DNA from: Pseudomonadota bacterium
Lineage (GTDB): Bacteria; Pseudomonadota; Alphaproteobacteria; Rhodobacterales; Rhodobacteraceae
NCBI GenBank assembly: GCA_039197405.1
Contig: JBCCUH010000001.1
Location: 1-38,965 of the forward strand
Reading direction: 5' to 3'
Length of the DNA: 38,965 nucleotides
Position numbers and translations under genes: made by a program. This document shows positions 1-8,329 of this stretch, one piece after another (position 1 is the first letter of the stretch; every line of letters starts with the position of its first letter). The notes beneath the pieces are model-generated. The model did not search any database and was not told the DNA's origin. It worked only from the letters and a program-made list of their open reading frames with translations.

Positions 1-354
1 AATCGCCCCAACGGCCTGATCGCGAATGTAATTGCGCGCCTGATTGGTGTTGCTGACGCTTGGCTGCTCATCGATGACGTCCTGCAGAGACACACTTTTC
101 GCAGCGTCTGCTGACACATGGAACGTCTTGTTGTTTTCGCCGGGGCCGATGACGCTCCACCCGTCTGCATCGGTCTCGTGGAAATAGTGGTCACCAATGC
201 CCCAACCGTCTCTGACGAACTGCCCGCCAAGCACGTTCTGAAAGCTGGGGTGCTGCGCTGTCTGCGCCCAGGCGGCAAGCGCGGAAATGGAACCGAGAAG
301 GCCGATCGATACGCTTGCCCCAACGGCAATACCTGAAAGAGTAGAAATTGGCAT
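1..354 (-). CDS. Partial gene running off the window (MPISTLSGIAVGASVSIGLLG...), possible second head fibre or exported protein
   Basis: ATG at 354 overlaps the upstream stop (TGATG); 118 codons open to the window edge; absent from the ORF track. Confidence 0.75.
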   Translation of the reverse strand, partial: MPISTLSGIAVGASVSIGLLGSISALAAWAQTAQHPSFQNVLGGQFVRDGWGIGDHYFHETDADGWSVIGPGENNKTFHVSADAAKSVSLQDVIDEQPSVSNTNQARNYIRDQAVGAI

Positions 355-1775
355 CAGAGCACCTCGAACAACATGGTATCGATCCGCGCACCGTTGACCG
401 TCGCGCCGAAGGACTGCAGACCGGGCCGACCGGAGACAAAGCCATCTCCAGAGATGTCACGAGTGGCAACGAGATTGCCGTTGATCCGAGCGGTAAGGAT
501 GTCTCCGTTCTTCTCAAGGATGATTTCGCGGACAACCCCATCAATGTAGGTGCCGTCAACGCCACCAGTGCCTGTTGGTTCACCCTCCCAGATTGTCACT
601 GTTGGCTGACCGCCAAATCGATAGAGCTGCCAGCGTCTGTTGTTGCCATTGAAGCGGAAGGTATATCGGACATCATTGGCCGCATCATAGAGCGTGACGC
701 CCTGGGAATGCGTGCCATTGGGCGCGCCGAACATCCGCACGTTGGCAGTGATCCGGCTGTTTACTGCGAGCGCCCGGCCGGTCTGGACGTGGGCGCTGGA
801 GGCACCGGCGGCGGTTGGCCGCACAGCACCGCCCAGGATTTCCATGGGCGACGGGTCGGGCGAATAGACCGCAGGGAGAAACGGGAACCCGTCTTCCGGG
901 GTGTGGGTCTGCAGGGCCGTGTTGTCCGCCGCGGTAAAGGTGTTTGTCACCGCGCCCACGGCGGCGGGGATCTCTACGCCAGTCGGGCTGATCGCAGCCG
1001 TGCCCGGCCCGCCAGCATCCACCGCCGTCTGCTCACAAACGATGGTGTAGCCCTGATCAGCGCTCCGCACCGTAAAGGTGGCAGCAGTGGCCCCGCTGAT
1101 CGGTACAGCGTCTTCCAGCGTCTGTGAGGCGGTCAGGAAGCGCCCCCAGAGATAATTGCGCCCCGTGATGCCTCCGGCGTCTTCCGTGGCTGCAATGCCC
1201 TCTTGGACGCTCAGCACCGCGCCCACGGCGGCGGTGCCGGTCGGCGCAGGCACGGCGAGCATGACGGCACCCGCTACCAGGTCTGCGACGTCGAGCTGCA
1301 CCGTCTCGTTGATCGGGGGATCGGCCACCGTCAGATCGATGTCATAGACACCCGTGGTCACGATATCGTTGCGGTCGATCTCAAGCGTGTTGCCCGGGCC
1401 GTCTGCGATCTGCAGCGCATATTCGACGGCGGTTTCAATGACCCATTCCCGCGTGGTGGCCTGATCAGTTGAAACCAGCACGCGCACAGCCTGGCCCAGT
1501 TCCAACGGATAGGCACCGGCGCGCATCGTCCACGGCCCTGCGCCGCCGTCTTGTGTCTGGATGACGGCGCTGACAATCGCGCCACCGGGAAAGTCGTAGT
1601 TCTCGAGCGCTGTGATCGCCGCGTGCTCTGCGAGATCGGATACCAGTTGACCCTGATACGTGCGCTGCTCCAGGGGTTCCGTTCCACCGGCTGCAATCGA
1701 TATGCCAAGGACAGGGTTGACAATCCCAATGCTGCAGGTCGGCACAGAGCCTATGGCATAGCTGTAGCTGATCAC
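354..1775 (-). CDS. Putative head-spike fibre with Ig-like and C-terminal lectin-like beta-sandwich domains
   Basis: GTG at 1775 overlaps the spike-base stop (GTGA); Ig-like motif ISGATAATFTVRSADQGYTIVCEQTA; ConA-like end ARINGNLV...SGRPGLQ. Confidence 0.65.
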   Translation of the reverse strand: MISYSYAIGSVPTCSIGIVNPVLGISIAAGGTEPLEQRTYQGQLVSDLAEHAAITALENYDFPGGAIVSAVIQTQDGGAGPWTMRAGAYPLELGQAVRVLVSTDQATTREWVIETAVEYALQIADGPGNTLEIDRNDIVTTGVYDIDLTVADPPINETVQLDVADLVAGAVMLAVPAPTGTAAVGAVLSVQEGIAATEDAGGITGRNYLWGRFLTASQTLEDAVPISGATAATFTVRSADQGYTIVCEQTAVDAGGPGTAAISPTGVEIPAAVGAVTNTFTAADNTALQTHTPEDGFPFLPAVYSPDPSPMEILGGAVRPTAAGASSAHVQTGRALAVNSRITANVRMFGAPNGTHSQGVTLYDAANDVRYTFRFNGNNRRWQLYRFGGQPTVTIWEGEPTGTGGVDGTYIDGVVREIILEKNGDILTARINGNLVATRDISGDGFVSGRPGLQSFGATVNGARIDTMLFEVL

Positions 1776-2035
1776 CCGGACAGTCCCCGGATGCCGGTTG
1801 CCGTTGTACCCGTGCTCCACACGCGCGTTACGCGAATTGGAAAGGGGATGCCGGCCGCGATGAAGACATCGCCAACGTCGCCTGCGAGCGTCGTGACCCG
1901 GACGGTCCCGGAGGTTTGGACGTTGATGGCCGTGGTCGGCAGGTCGAGATCCTCGCTGTCACTTGGCGTGATCGCGAATAGCCGGCTGGCCGGGCTTTCC
2001 ATACTTGGGCTCACGTTTTTGAACTGGTCTTGCAT
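1772..2035 (-). CDS. ghsA: Head-spike base protein, RcGTA Rcc01079/GhsA family
   Basis: 87 aa with SMESPA-x4-ITPSDSEDL, VQTSGTV and PIRVTRVWSTGTTAT motifs characteristic of Rcc01079. Confidence 0.88.
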   Translation of the reverse strand: MQDQFKNVSPSMESPASRLFAITPSDSEDLDLPTTAINVQTSGTVRVTTLAGDVGDVFIAAGIPFPIRVTRVWSTGTTATGIRGLSG

Positions 2036-2037
2036 TG

Positions 2038-2286
2038 TCAGTCTCCTGCTCTTTCCTGCCCAAGAATTTGCGCAGTTGCTTCAATTTTCCGGTTGGCACA
2101 CAAGCGGCCCTGTTTTTCCGCTATTGCCGCATCCACAAACTGCCCCCGCGTTCTGGGTGTTGGGCCGGAGTATCCAGGGCAGCCGACAAGGTAATCCGCT
2201 GGCACCTGCGGCGGCGGGACATTCACGGGCACATCACGGCCACAGGCGCTCAGCAACAGCACCGAAATAATCATCCAGAGGTTCAT
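2038..2286 (-). CDS. o-spanin (Rz1-like lipoprotein)
   Basis: Lipobox LLSAC followed by a Pro-rich segment; overlaps the i-spanin gene. Confidence 0.8.
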   Translation of the reverse strand: MNLWMIISVLLLSACGRDVPVNVPPPQVPADYLVGCPGYSGPTPRTRGQFVDAAIAEKQGRLCANRKIEATAQILGQERAGD

Positions 2287-2557
2287 CGCTCCCCTCCATG
2301 TTCTGTAGCTCTCGACGCAGTTGCTCCCACTCTTGGCGCTCCGCTTCGACCAAGGCGCGATATTCGCCGTCGATCATTCGGATTTTCGCTGCCTGCAGCA
2401 GCTGCGCGTCCCGCAATGCCAGCTTTGTCTCCAGATCCACCTTGTCGGCTGCCAACAGGATATTGTCCGCGCGCAGATCCACGACCCACCAAAGGCCATA
2501 GCCAATCGCACCGACGAGCAGCGCCGTGGGCAAGTATCTGATCAACCAGCTAGGCAT
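2234..2557 (-). CDS. i-spanin (Rz-like)
   Basis: N-terminal TM helix plus coiled coil; directly follows the endolysin; start placed at MPSWLIRY. Confidence 0.8.
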   Translation of the reverse strand: MPSWLIRYLPTALLVGAIGYGLWWVVDLRADNILLAADKVDLETKLALRDAQLLQAAKIRMIDGEYRALVEAERQEWEQLRRELQNMEGSDEPLDDYFGAVAERLWP

Positions 2558-3065
2558 ACCCGTAGAGCTCCCAGTGTGGCCCATCGTTGAATGCACGTTT
2601 GCCTGCGGCTCGCTTGCGCTTCACATACATTTGCACCAGCTGCTCAGGCGGGGCTGTGAGGGGGTTAATGTGCTGCCAGCACCCTCCCCAGCGCAGCTGT
2701 ACGTTGAGGCTGCGTGCAGCGATGAACATCGCCTCTGCGATCCGGTAGATTGACGGCCAGTGCCAATCCAATTCGTTGTCACCATCGCCGTCGCTGTCCC
2801 GCCAGGGCACGAGGTCAGCCGCGTGAACGTAGCCATCAGGCTGCAGCTGGTGCTTACTGATCCGCTGATACCCGTCGAGCGTCGAAGCGCCTCGCTGATA
2901 TAGAGCGTATTGATCAGCCGCTGAGCGGAAGCCATCGAATACGGTGAAGTCCTGCTCCGATATCGAAATGGCAAACTCGATCACCCGGATCAGATCCGGA
3001 TGCATCCCCCGCATTTCCCTGCGGGACCGGCTGCCGAGACGATAGTTCTGCGTCAGTGCATTCAT
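2550..3065 (-). CDS. Endolysin, M15-family (L-Ala-D-Glu) peptidase
   Basis: GFRS-x3-Q, SKH...HAADL and DGPHWEL zinc-peptidase motifs. Confidence 0.92.
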   Translation of the reverse strand: MNALTQNYRLGSRSRREMRGMHPDLIRVIEFAISISEQDFTVFDGFRSAADQYALYQRGASTLDGYQRISKHQLQPDGYVHAADLVPWRDSDGDGDNELDWHWPSIYRIAEAMFIAARSLNVQLRWGGCWQHINPLTAPPEQLVQMYVKRKRAAGKRAFNDGPHWELYGYA

Positions 3066-3484
3066 TGCTCATCCTTTCGATTGAAAGCCTTCCTGAAGTG
3101 GGCGATGCAACGCCTCCGTTGGGGATACCAAGCCATTTCCCACCAGTACCAATGGGGCTGCTCGCCTTTGGGCAGGTTCTTCTTGATCGCAACCAGGTGC
3201 AGGATGCCGGCGATCCCTGCGGATCCCTTTAGCGCTCCGTCCAGCCAGAAGCCGATCGCCCGAAAAACCGCGCCTGGAACCACCTCAAAATGAAAGTTCA
3301 ACCCGCCCAGGATCTGCCACCAAAAGGCATTCAGGCCATCGGACATGAAGCCCAGGAAGATCGCAAAAGCCAGCAGGAAATCAGCGCTGCCCCAGTCGCG
3401 CCACCTTGGTTTATATGCGAGCATGACCAGGATGCTCACCGCGAACAAAAACAGGCCCGCGCTCAGTGACACGTAACTACCCAT
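3062..3484 (-). CDS. Multi-pass membrane protein, holin candidate
   Basis: About 3 hydrophobic helices, basic C-terminus, ATGA-coupled to the endolysin. Confidence 0.6.
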   Translation of the reverse strand: MGSYVSLSAGLFLFAVSILVMLAYKPRWRDWGSADFLLAFAIFLGFMSDGLNAFWWQILGGLNFHFEVVPGAVFRAIGFWLDGALKGSAGIAGILHLVAIKKNLPKGEQPHWYWWEMAWYPQRRRCIAHFRKAFNRKDEQ

Positions 3485-3650
3485 CCTTCGTTGCCTTTCT
3501 GTCCAGCGTGTTTTTCAGAAGCGCCTGGCGCACCCCCTCAAGGGATGTCACCACATTCTCGGCCTGACCGGCGGAGCGCCGGGCTTCCATCGCGATTTTC
3601 TCGCTGATTTCGTCGCTCGGTACAGGCTTGGGCTTGCGCGTCCAGAACAT
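3477..3650 (-). CDS. 57-aa hypothetical protein (MFWTRKPKPVPSDEISEK...)
   Basis: Fills the gap between neighbours exactly; below the ORF-track size cutoff. Confidence 0.65.
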   Translation of the reverse strand: MFWTRKPKPVPSDEISEKIAMEARRSAGQAENVVTSLEGVRQALLKNTLDRKATKDG

Positions 3651-3652
3651 CG

Positions 3653-3886
3653 CTATGACCCCCGCGCGCGGATCTCGGCGGCAAGATCCTTGTTGACGTC
3701 CGCCATGGTGGACAGGGCATTCGTGTTGTTGCTCAGCGCTTCGATGATGGGCTTCACATCATCGATGCGCTTGTCCTGAAGTTCATTGATCTTTGCTTCG
3801 TGCCGACGATCCCGCACGAGCAGATACGCGATGACCGCCCCAGGCAAACCGAGATCCAGCAGGAAGGGTGTAAGGCTTTCCATCAT
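3653..3886 (-). CDS. Single-TM plus coiled-coil protein, holin/antiholin-like
   Basis: MMESLTPFLLDLGLPGAVIAYLLV followed by a heptad pattern; start of the lysis cassette. Confidence 0.65.
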   Translation of the reverse strand: MMESLTPFLLDLGLPGAVIAYLLVRDRRHEAKINELQDKRIDDVKPIIEALSNNTNALSTMADVNKDLAAEIRARGS

Positions 3887-3957
3887 GGCCACCCAGTTTC
3901 CAAGTCGATGGCATCCAGCCCGCCACCGAGTTCCGATATGATCGCGGTCCAGCCCAT
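3883..3957 (-). CDS. Possible 24-aa coupling mini-ORF (MGWTAIISELGGGLDAIDLETGWP)
   Basis: TGATG overlaps with the neighbouring genes at both ends. Confidence 0.4.
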   Translation of the reverse strand: MGWTAIISELGGGLDAIDLETGWP

Positions 3958-4481
3958 CACGTGATCCCGAACAATGCGTCAATCTGGGCGTCTGTGAGGC
4001 TGTAGACAGATGCGGCAATCGGAATGACAGGGTGGCTCCGTTGAACAACCTGTAGAGTGGCCCAGGTGATTTCTGCTTCGTCAGCTTCGTCTTGCGTGAT
4101 CGCGCCGGCTATGACGGACGCCGCGAGAACCGCAGAAAACGCTGGTGGTACATTTCCCTGACCTGCAGATTTCGCCTCTGCCACCGTCCAGTAGCCCGCG
4201 CGCTTCATGGCAATGCAAAATTCGCTGCGGTACAGGAACGCCACCGCTCGCTTTTCTTCCATCGTCGGCGGGTCCGGCGGCACAACTGGGTCCGGATCGA
4301 CCACCTGCCAGGCATCATCGACCCAGCGGGCGCGCTGGCCTTCTGTCAGTACAGGCGGCAGTGGGGCATCAACTGCGCCGCCGGGCAGGATGTATTCGCC
4401 GGGCCGCTTCGGGTGCCCGTTCGCAATGGCATCACCAACGTAGTAGCCTTCATCGTCCAACTGTCTGACAATCTTCGACAT
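3957..4481 (-). CDS. Tail fibre assembly chaperone-like protein
   Basis: QLDDEGYYVG...PGEYILPGGAVDAPLP...W motif; C-terminal LTDAQIDALF; follows the fibre gene. Confidence 0.8.
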   Translation of the reverse strand: MSKIVRQLDDEGYYVGDAIANGHPKRPGEYILPGGAVDAPLPPVLTEGQRARWVDDAWQVVDPDPVVPPDPPTMEEKRAVAFLYRSEFCIAMKRAGYWTVAEAKSAGQGNVPPAFSAVLAASVIAGAITQDEADEAEITWATLQVVQRSHPVIPIAASVYSLTDAQIDALFGIT

Positions 4482-4483
4482 CC

Positions 4484-5626
4484 TTACGCCTCCGCCTGAA
4501 CGCAGAACATGACAGCCACGTTCCGCATGCGGGTTTCAGCAGCGATTTGCGGACCGGTTAGAACCGTGCTTGTTCTCGTTTGTTGTTGAAGGTTCGGGCC
4601 ATCAGTCTGAGCAACACCTGTACTGGTGAACTGGTTGGTGTTTCCGAACGGTGAGAGATTGGTGAAGTGCACCGTGGAGTGCTGGTGGTCTTCCATAGCG
4701 AACTGCTGGAACGAGGCAATGAGGCGACCAACATCAACACCGCGACCATTGTCCCAGCCACGCACACCTTCACCGCGCATATCCGGCAGGATGATCGTGT
4801 CGCCCGGTGAGGTGCCGAGATAAGCCCCCAGATCGGGGAAATCATTGTGGAGCACAGAGCCGCCGTTCAACTCCAGTTTGCCTGTGGGCACAATGCCGCG
4901 AAGGTGCATTGTCACCTCGCCAACACCGCACAAAGCTCCGTTGGCTATACCAGCGATGGTGCGAATTGCTGATCCACCGCCTGCAGCCAAAAGCTCAAGC
5001 CCTTTGACGCTGACGGTCTGTCCTGACAGGGCGTCAAGGCTGTCATCGGCTGCCTGGAACAGGGCCGGATCAAATGTTGCGGCCAGGGCCGCGCTGATAG
5101 CTGCTGCCTGTGCAGCAGCTATGGCCGCGGCCGCATTGGCCTGTGCGTTCGTGATCGCGTCCGCATCAGGACCAGGCACAGGGCTGCCGGCTATGTCGAA
5201 TATCAACGCTTTGCCGGCGCGATTACCTGGCAAATCCCCGATGACGCCGCTGGCGACCTTGAAGGTTCGTGAAAGGGCGTCTTCCTGATCCTGGATGGAT
5301 TGGGTCAAGACGTCCAACTGCCGCTCCAGCGACCTTTCGCGCGCGCCGCCTTGGCCTTGCCATCCTTGTTCCGGGTTCGTCTTTCGCAGGATCTGCAGCT
5401 CATCGCCGGCGTATGTGGTTGCGATTGCGGCATTCAGCGTGACGTCACCCGTGGTTTCGGAACTTAGGGGGGCCACTTCGTAATCGGCGGGATCCAATAC
5501 AACAATTGCGCTGCCCTGCAGGACGCGGACAATGAGGCCGCCCTCCTGGTAGGCGTGATCGACGGAGTAGGGGCCTGGGCCGGCGATGGTCCGAACGGGA
5601 GTGGGCTCGAAAGCTTCTGTCGTCAT
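4484..5626 (-). CDS. Tail fibre protein
   Basis: T7 gp17-like N-terminus (LERQLDVLTQSIQD); collar domain LPDMRGEGVRGWDNGRGVD; ends ETRMRNVAVMFC. Confidence 0.9.
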   Translation of the reverse strand: MTTEAFEPTPVRTIAGPGPYSVDHAYQEGGLIVRVLQGSAIVVLDPADYEVAPLSSETTGDVTLNAAIATTYAGDELQILRKTNPEQGWQGQGGARERSLERQLDVLTQSIQDQEDALSRTFKVASGVIGDLPGNRAGKALIFDIAGSPVPGPDADAITNAQANAAAAIAAAQAAAISAALAATFDPALFQAADDSLDALSGQTVSVKGLELLAAGGGSAIRTIAGIANGALCGVGEVTMHLRGIVPTGKLELNGGSVLHNDFPDLGAYLGTSPGDTIILPDMRGEGVRGWDNGRGVDVGRLIASFQQFAMEDHQHSTVHFTNLSPFGNTNQFTSTGVAQTDGPNLQQQTRTSTVLTGPQIAAETRMRNVAVMFCVQAEA

Positions 5627-8115
5627 GGCGATGCCTCAAATGCATTTGAAAGATCCGGGGCGCGCGCTGGCGTAAAGGCGCCGCGCTCCCACCAGGCGGT
5701 ATTCCCGGAGGTCCGATCGCGATGACGTTCCTGCCGGCGCCAGTTCGCCTCGGCCTCCGGGTCCAGCAGCAGCTGCAGCTGGTCAGCCACAGCCCGATCG
5801 AAGGCCACGCGCTGATACCAAAGCGAAGACAGAATGGGCGTGTTGTGGCGGACGAAGTTGGCGAGATCCCTGCCTATGGCGGTATCACGGCCCTCAATTG
5901 CGCTGTTAAGATTGGACAACGGAATGCGGGCGACATCACTAATCAACCCGATCTGTGGCCCCGCCAACGTCTCGGCAATGCCTCCGCCAAAACGATTGGT
6001 CTCCGCTGCAAAGAAATCGCCAAAGATACCAAGGCCGCCCCCCTGGAACAGAGCAGCCATTGCGAATGCGCCATTGTCCATCGGCTTGGGATCGCGACCT
6101 TTTGAGATCTCTTTCAGCTGAATTGCCACGCCACCCAACACGAACAGACCAGCCGCCAGCTGCGCGGAATAGGTCAGCTTGTCCGCGAGCGTCGGCAGGC
6201 TCTGGATGCGCCGGATCTGGTTGATGGTGATCGAGAGCGCAAAGCTCTTGAACATACTGCCCGAAAGCAACAGCTCACCCGAAAACGTGCCGGGCTTGCT
6301 ATCACCTCGAATGATGCGACGCCCCGCGATGCTGGAACTCGGCACAGCCATTTCAAGCTGTTCCTCGATTGCCATCTGCAGGCGCAACGCAAGGCCCTCC
6401 GCCTCGGCCGAGGGCATATCCGTATGGTGCCGCCAGTAGATGGGAGATAAGAACTTTGCCCCGTTGTCTGCCGTGAACATGGCACCAAGATCCCGCAGCT
6501 TATCCCAATCGGTCGCAGTGATCCCGCGGCGCTCCAGCACCTGGCGCAACAGCGGGTCGATGTCGGCCAGCGCGCGATCGGCGTTTTCCGCCAGAAACCC
6601 CGCAAACTCCATCTGGAAGGCCGTCTTGTGCATGTCGGTCCAGAAGGACAGCCCGCTGGCTCGCATCGTGATGCCGGTCAGGCGCCGGGTGATCTCCGGG
6701 GCAAAAACATCACCCGTGTAGCGCGCGGCTGTGGCCCCCATGTCAGCCAGCGTGTCGGCGACATAGCCCATCTGCGCGGCGGTGCGTCGGGTGGCGGCGC
6801 TGGCTATCAGCTTGGTGGACGTGGACAGCACGTTATAGGGGTTCATCCCTACGGCTTTTGACGCCATGTGAATGGTGGCCTTGTCGGTGACGGCCGACAG
6901 GATGGCACTGCCCAGCTTGTTGGCCGTGATCACCTGGCGCACGCCGCCGAAGAAACTGGCCCAGGCGGCGCTTTCTGGTACGTTTGCCGACCCATCGAAA
7001 TGCGACAGATCCACACGCGCACGCTTTGCCTGCTTGTCGATCTTGGCGTCCATGTCGTAGTCGCCCAGCTCGGCGGCGCGCTTCTTTGCAACCTGGCTGG
7101 CATATTCCAGCCCCATGCGCGGATTTGGTCCCAGCACGCGCATTTGCGCCACGTCGCGCGCCATGCCATGCAACCCGCCGATCAGTGCCGTGAACGGATC
7201 AGATCTGCCGAAATCGCGGTTGTAATCCATCCAGTCGCGGCCAGTCTTGAAGTGCAGCACGCGGTGTTCGGAATACTTGCGGTAGAGCGCCTTGCCGCCC
7301 ACCGCCATGCTGGGGTCGCGGTCATCCCAGCCACGGGTGACGATGCCTTGGTAGACATCATCCAGGAACGCCTCTACCCGTTCGGGTTCTGGCAGATCAT
7401 CTGCCGACTTGGCGAAGGGTTTGCCGGTTTGAAAATCTTGAATGCGCGTCCAGTCAATGCGGTCGCGAATGCTATCTTTCCAAGTGGTAGGGCCGGCACG
7501 GCGGAGCGCCACCACATCATGGCTGTGCGCCGCGCCATAATCCAGAAGCTCACCCATATCGCCGCCATGGGCGTTGTACATCTTGCGCAACCGCGCCTGC
7601 TCGGAACGCACCGCATCGGCCAGCTCAGCAGCACGCGGATTGCCGGTTTTGGTGCCGTGCAACTCGTCAACCACATCCGCCAACACCGCCTTGTTGCGTT
7701 GACTGCCCAGCATGTTCTGCCCTGTCTTCCGCAGAAATTCGTTCAGGTCCCCGTTGATCGAACGGATCAGCGCTTGGCTCAAAGACTGGATGCTTTCGCC
7801 GGTGTAGCCGACATTTGGGTTGTACTCGATCAAGGCGTTCAGCGCGGCCGCAGGGTCTGTCGCCTTCATGATCTGGCTTTCCAGTCGCACCATCGTCTGC
7901 AGCTGTGCAATGACTTTGTGATGTCGGGCGGGCAGCGATGCAGAAAGCGCCTCTTTCACGGTCATCGCCGCCCGCACCTCAGCCTGGTGACGCGGCATGA
8001 CCTGCGCATACCGCTCCACCAGCTGTTCGTATTCCTGCTGTGTTGCCTTGCCGCGCGACTTGTCGATCTCGCCGCCGTCCATCGCAACCTGCAGGCAATC
8101 GTGCATGTTAGCCAT
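5623..8115 (-). CDS. Large internal virion (ejection) protein
   Basis: About 830 aa helical protein with hydrophobic C-terminal segments (QGGGLGIFGDF) before the fibre gene; start placed at MANMHDCL. Confidence 0.8.
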   Translation of the reverse strand: MANMHDCLQVAMDGGEIDKSRGKATQQEYEQLVERYAQVMPRHQAEVRAAMTVKEALSASLPARHHKVIAQLQTMVRLESQIMKATDPAAALNALIEYNPNVGYTGESIQSLSQALIRSINGDLNEFLRKTGQNMLGSQRNKAVLADVVDELHGTKTGNPRAAELADAVRSEQARLRKMYNAHGGDMGELLDYGAAHSHDVVALRRAGPTTWKDSIRDRIDWTRIQDFQTGKPFAKSADDLPEPERVEAFLDDVYQGIVTRGWDDRDPSMAVGGKALYRKYSEHRVLHFKTGRDWMDYNRDFGRSDPFTALIGGLHGMARDVAQMRVLGPNPRMGLEYASQVAKKRAAELGDYDMDAKIDKQAKRARVDLSHFDGSANVPESAAWASFFGGVRQVITANKLGSAILSAVTDKATIHMASKAVGMNPYNVLSTSTKLIASAATRRTAAQMGYVADTLADMGATAARYTGDVFAPEITRRLTGITMRASGLSFWTDMHKTAFQMEFAGFLAENADRALADIDPLLRQVLERRGITATDWDKLRDLGAMFTADNGAKFLSPIYWRHHTDMPSAEAEGLALRLQMAIEEQLEMAVPSSSIAGRRIIRGDSKPGTFSGELLLSGSMFKSFALSITINQIRRIQSLPTLADKLTYSAQLAAGLFVLGGVAIQLKEISKGRDPKPMDNGAFAMAALFQGGGLGIFGDFFAAETNRFGGGIAETLAGPQIGLISDVARIPLSNLNSAIEGRDTAIGRDLANFVRHNTPILSSLWYQRVAFDRAVADQLQLLLDPEAEANWRRQERHRDRTSGNTAWWERGAFTPARAPDLSNAFEASP

Positions 8116-8329
8116 CAGGTACCCCCGATCTGGCAATTTGCGCGGCCGCGACCTCGGCGCGGCGGCGGGCATGTGCCATTCCATGAATGAGCGCGAAGGC
8201 AATGTGCTGATCCCCGGGGGCCAACTTGCCGTCGAGGTAGCCGATCAGGCTGCGCTCCAGCCCGTCCTGCTCACACAGCGCGAAAGAGATCTCTTCGGAG
8301 CGGTCGAAATTGGCTTGCGTCAGCATCAC
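8108..8329 (-). CDS. 73-aa helical protein, paralogue of 19216..19512
   Basis: Overlaps both neighbours; shares the NFDRxE-x8-QxGL-x3-L-x3-L pattern. Confidence 0.75.
   Translation of the reverse strand: MMLTQANFDRSEEISFALCEQDGLERSLIGYLDGKLAPGDQHIAFALIHGMAHARRRAEVAAAQIARSGVPDG

Noticed and set aside
354-5626. Diversity-generating retroelement as in BPP-1
   Set aside because: No reverse transcriptase and no TR/VR pair seen in the window
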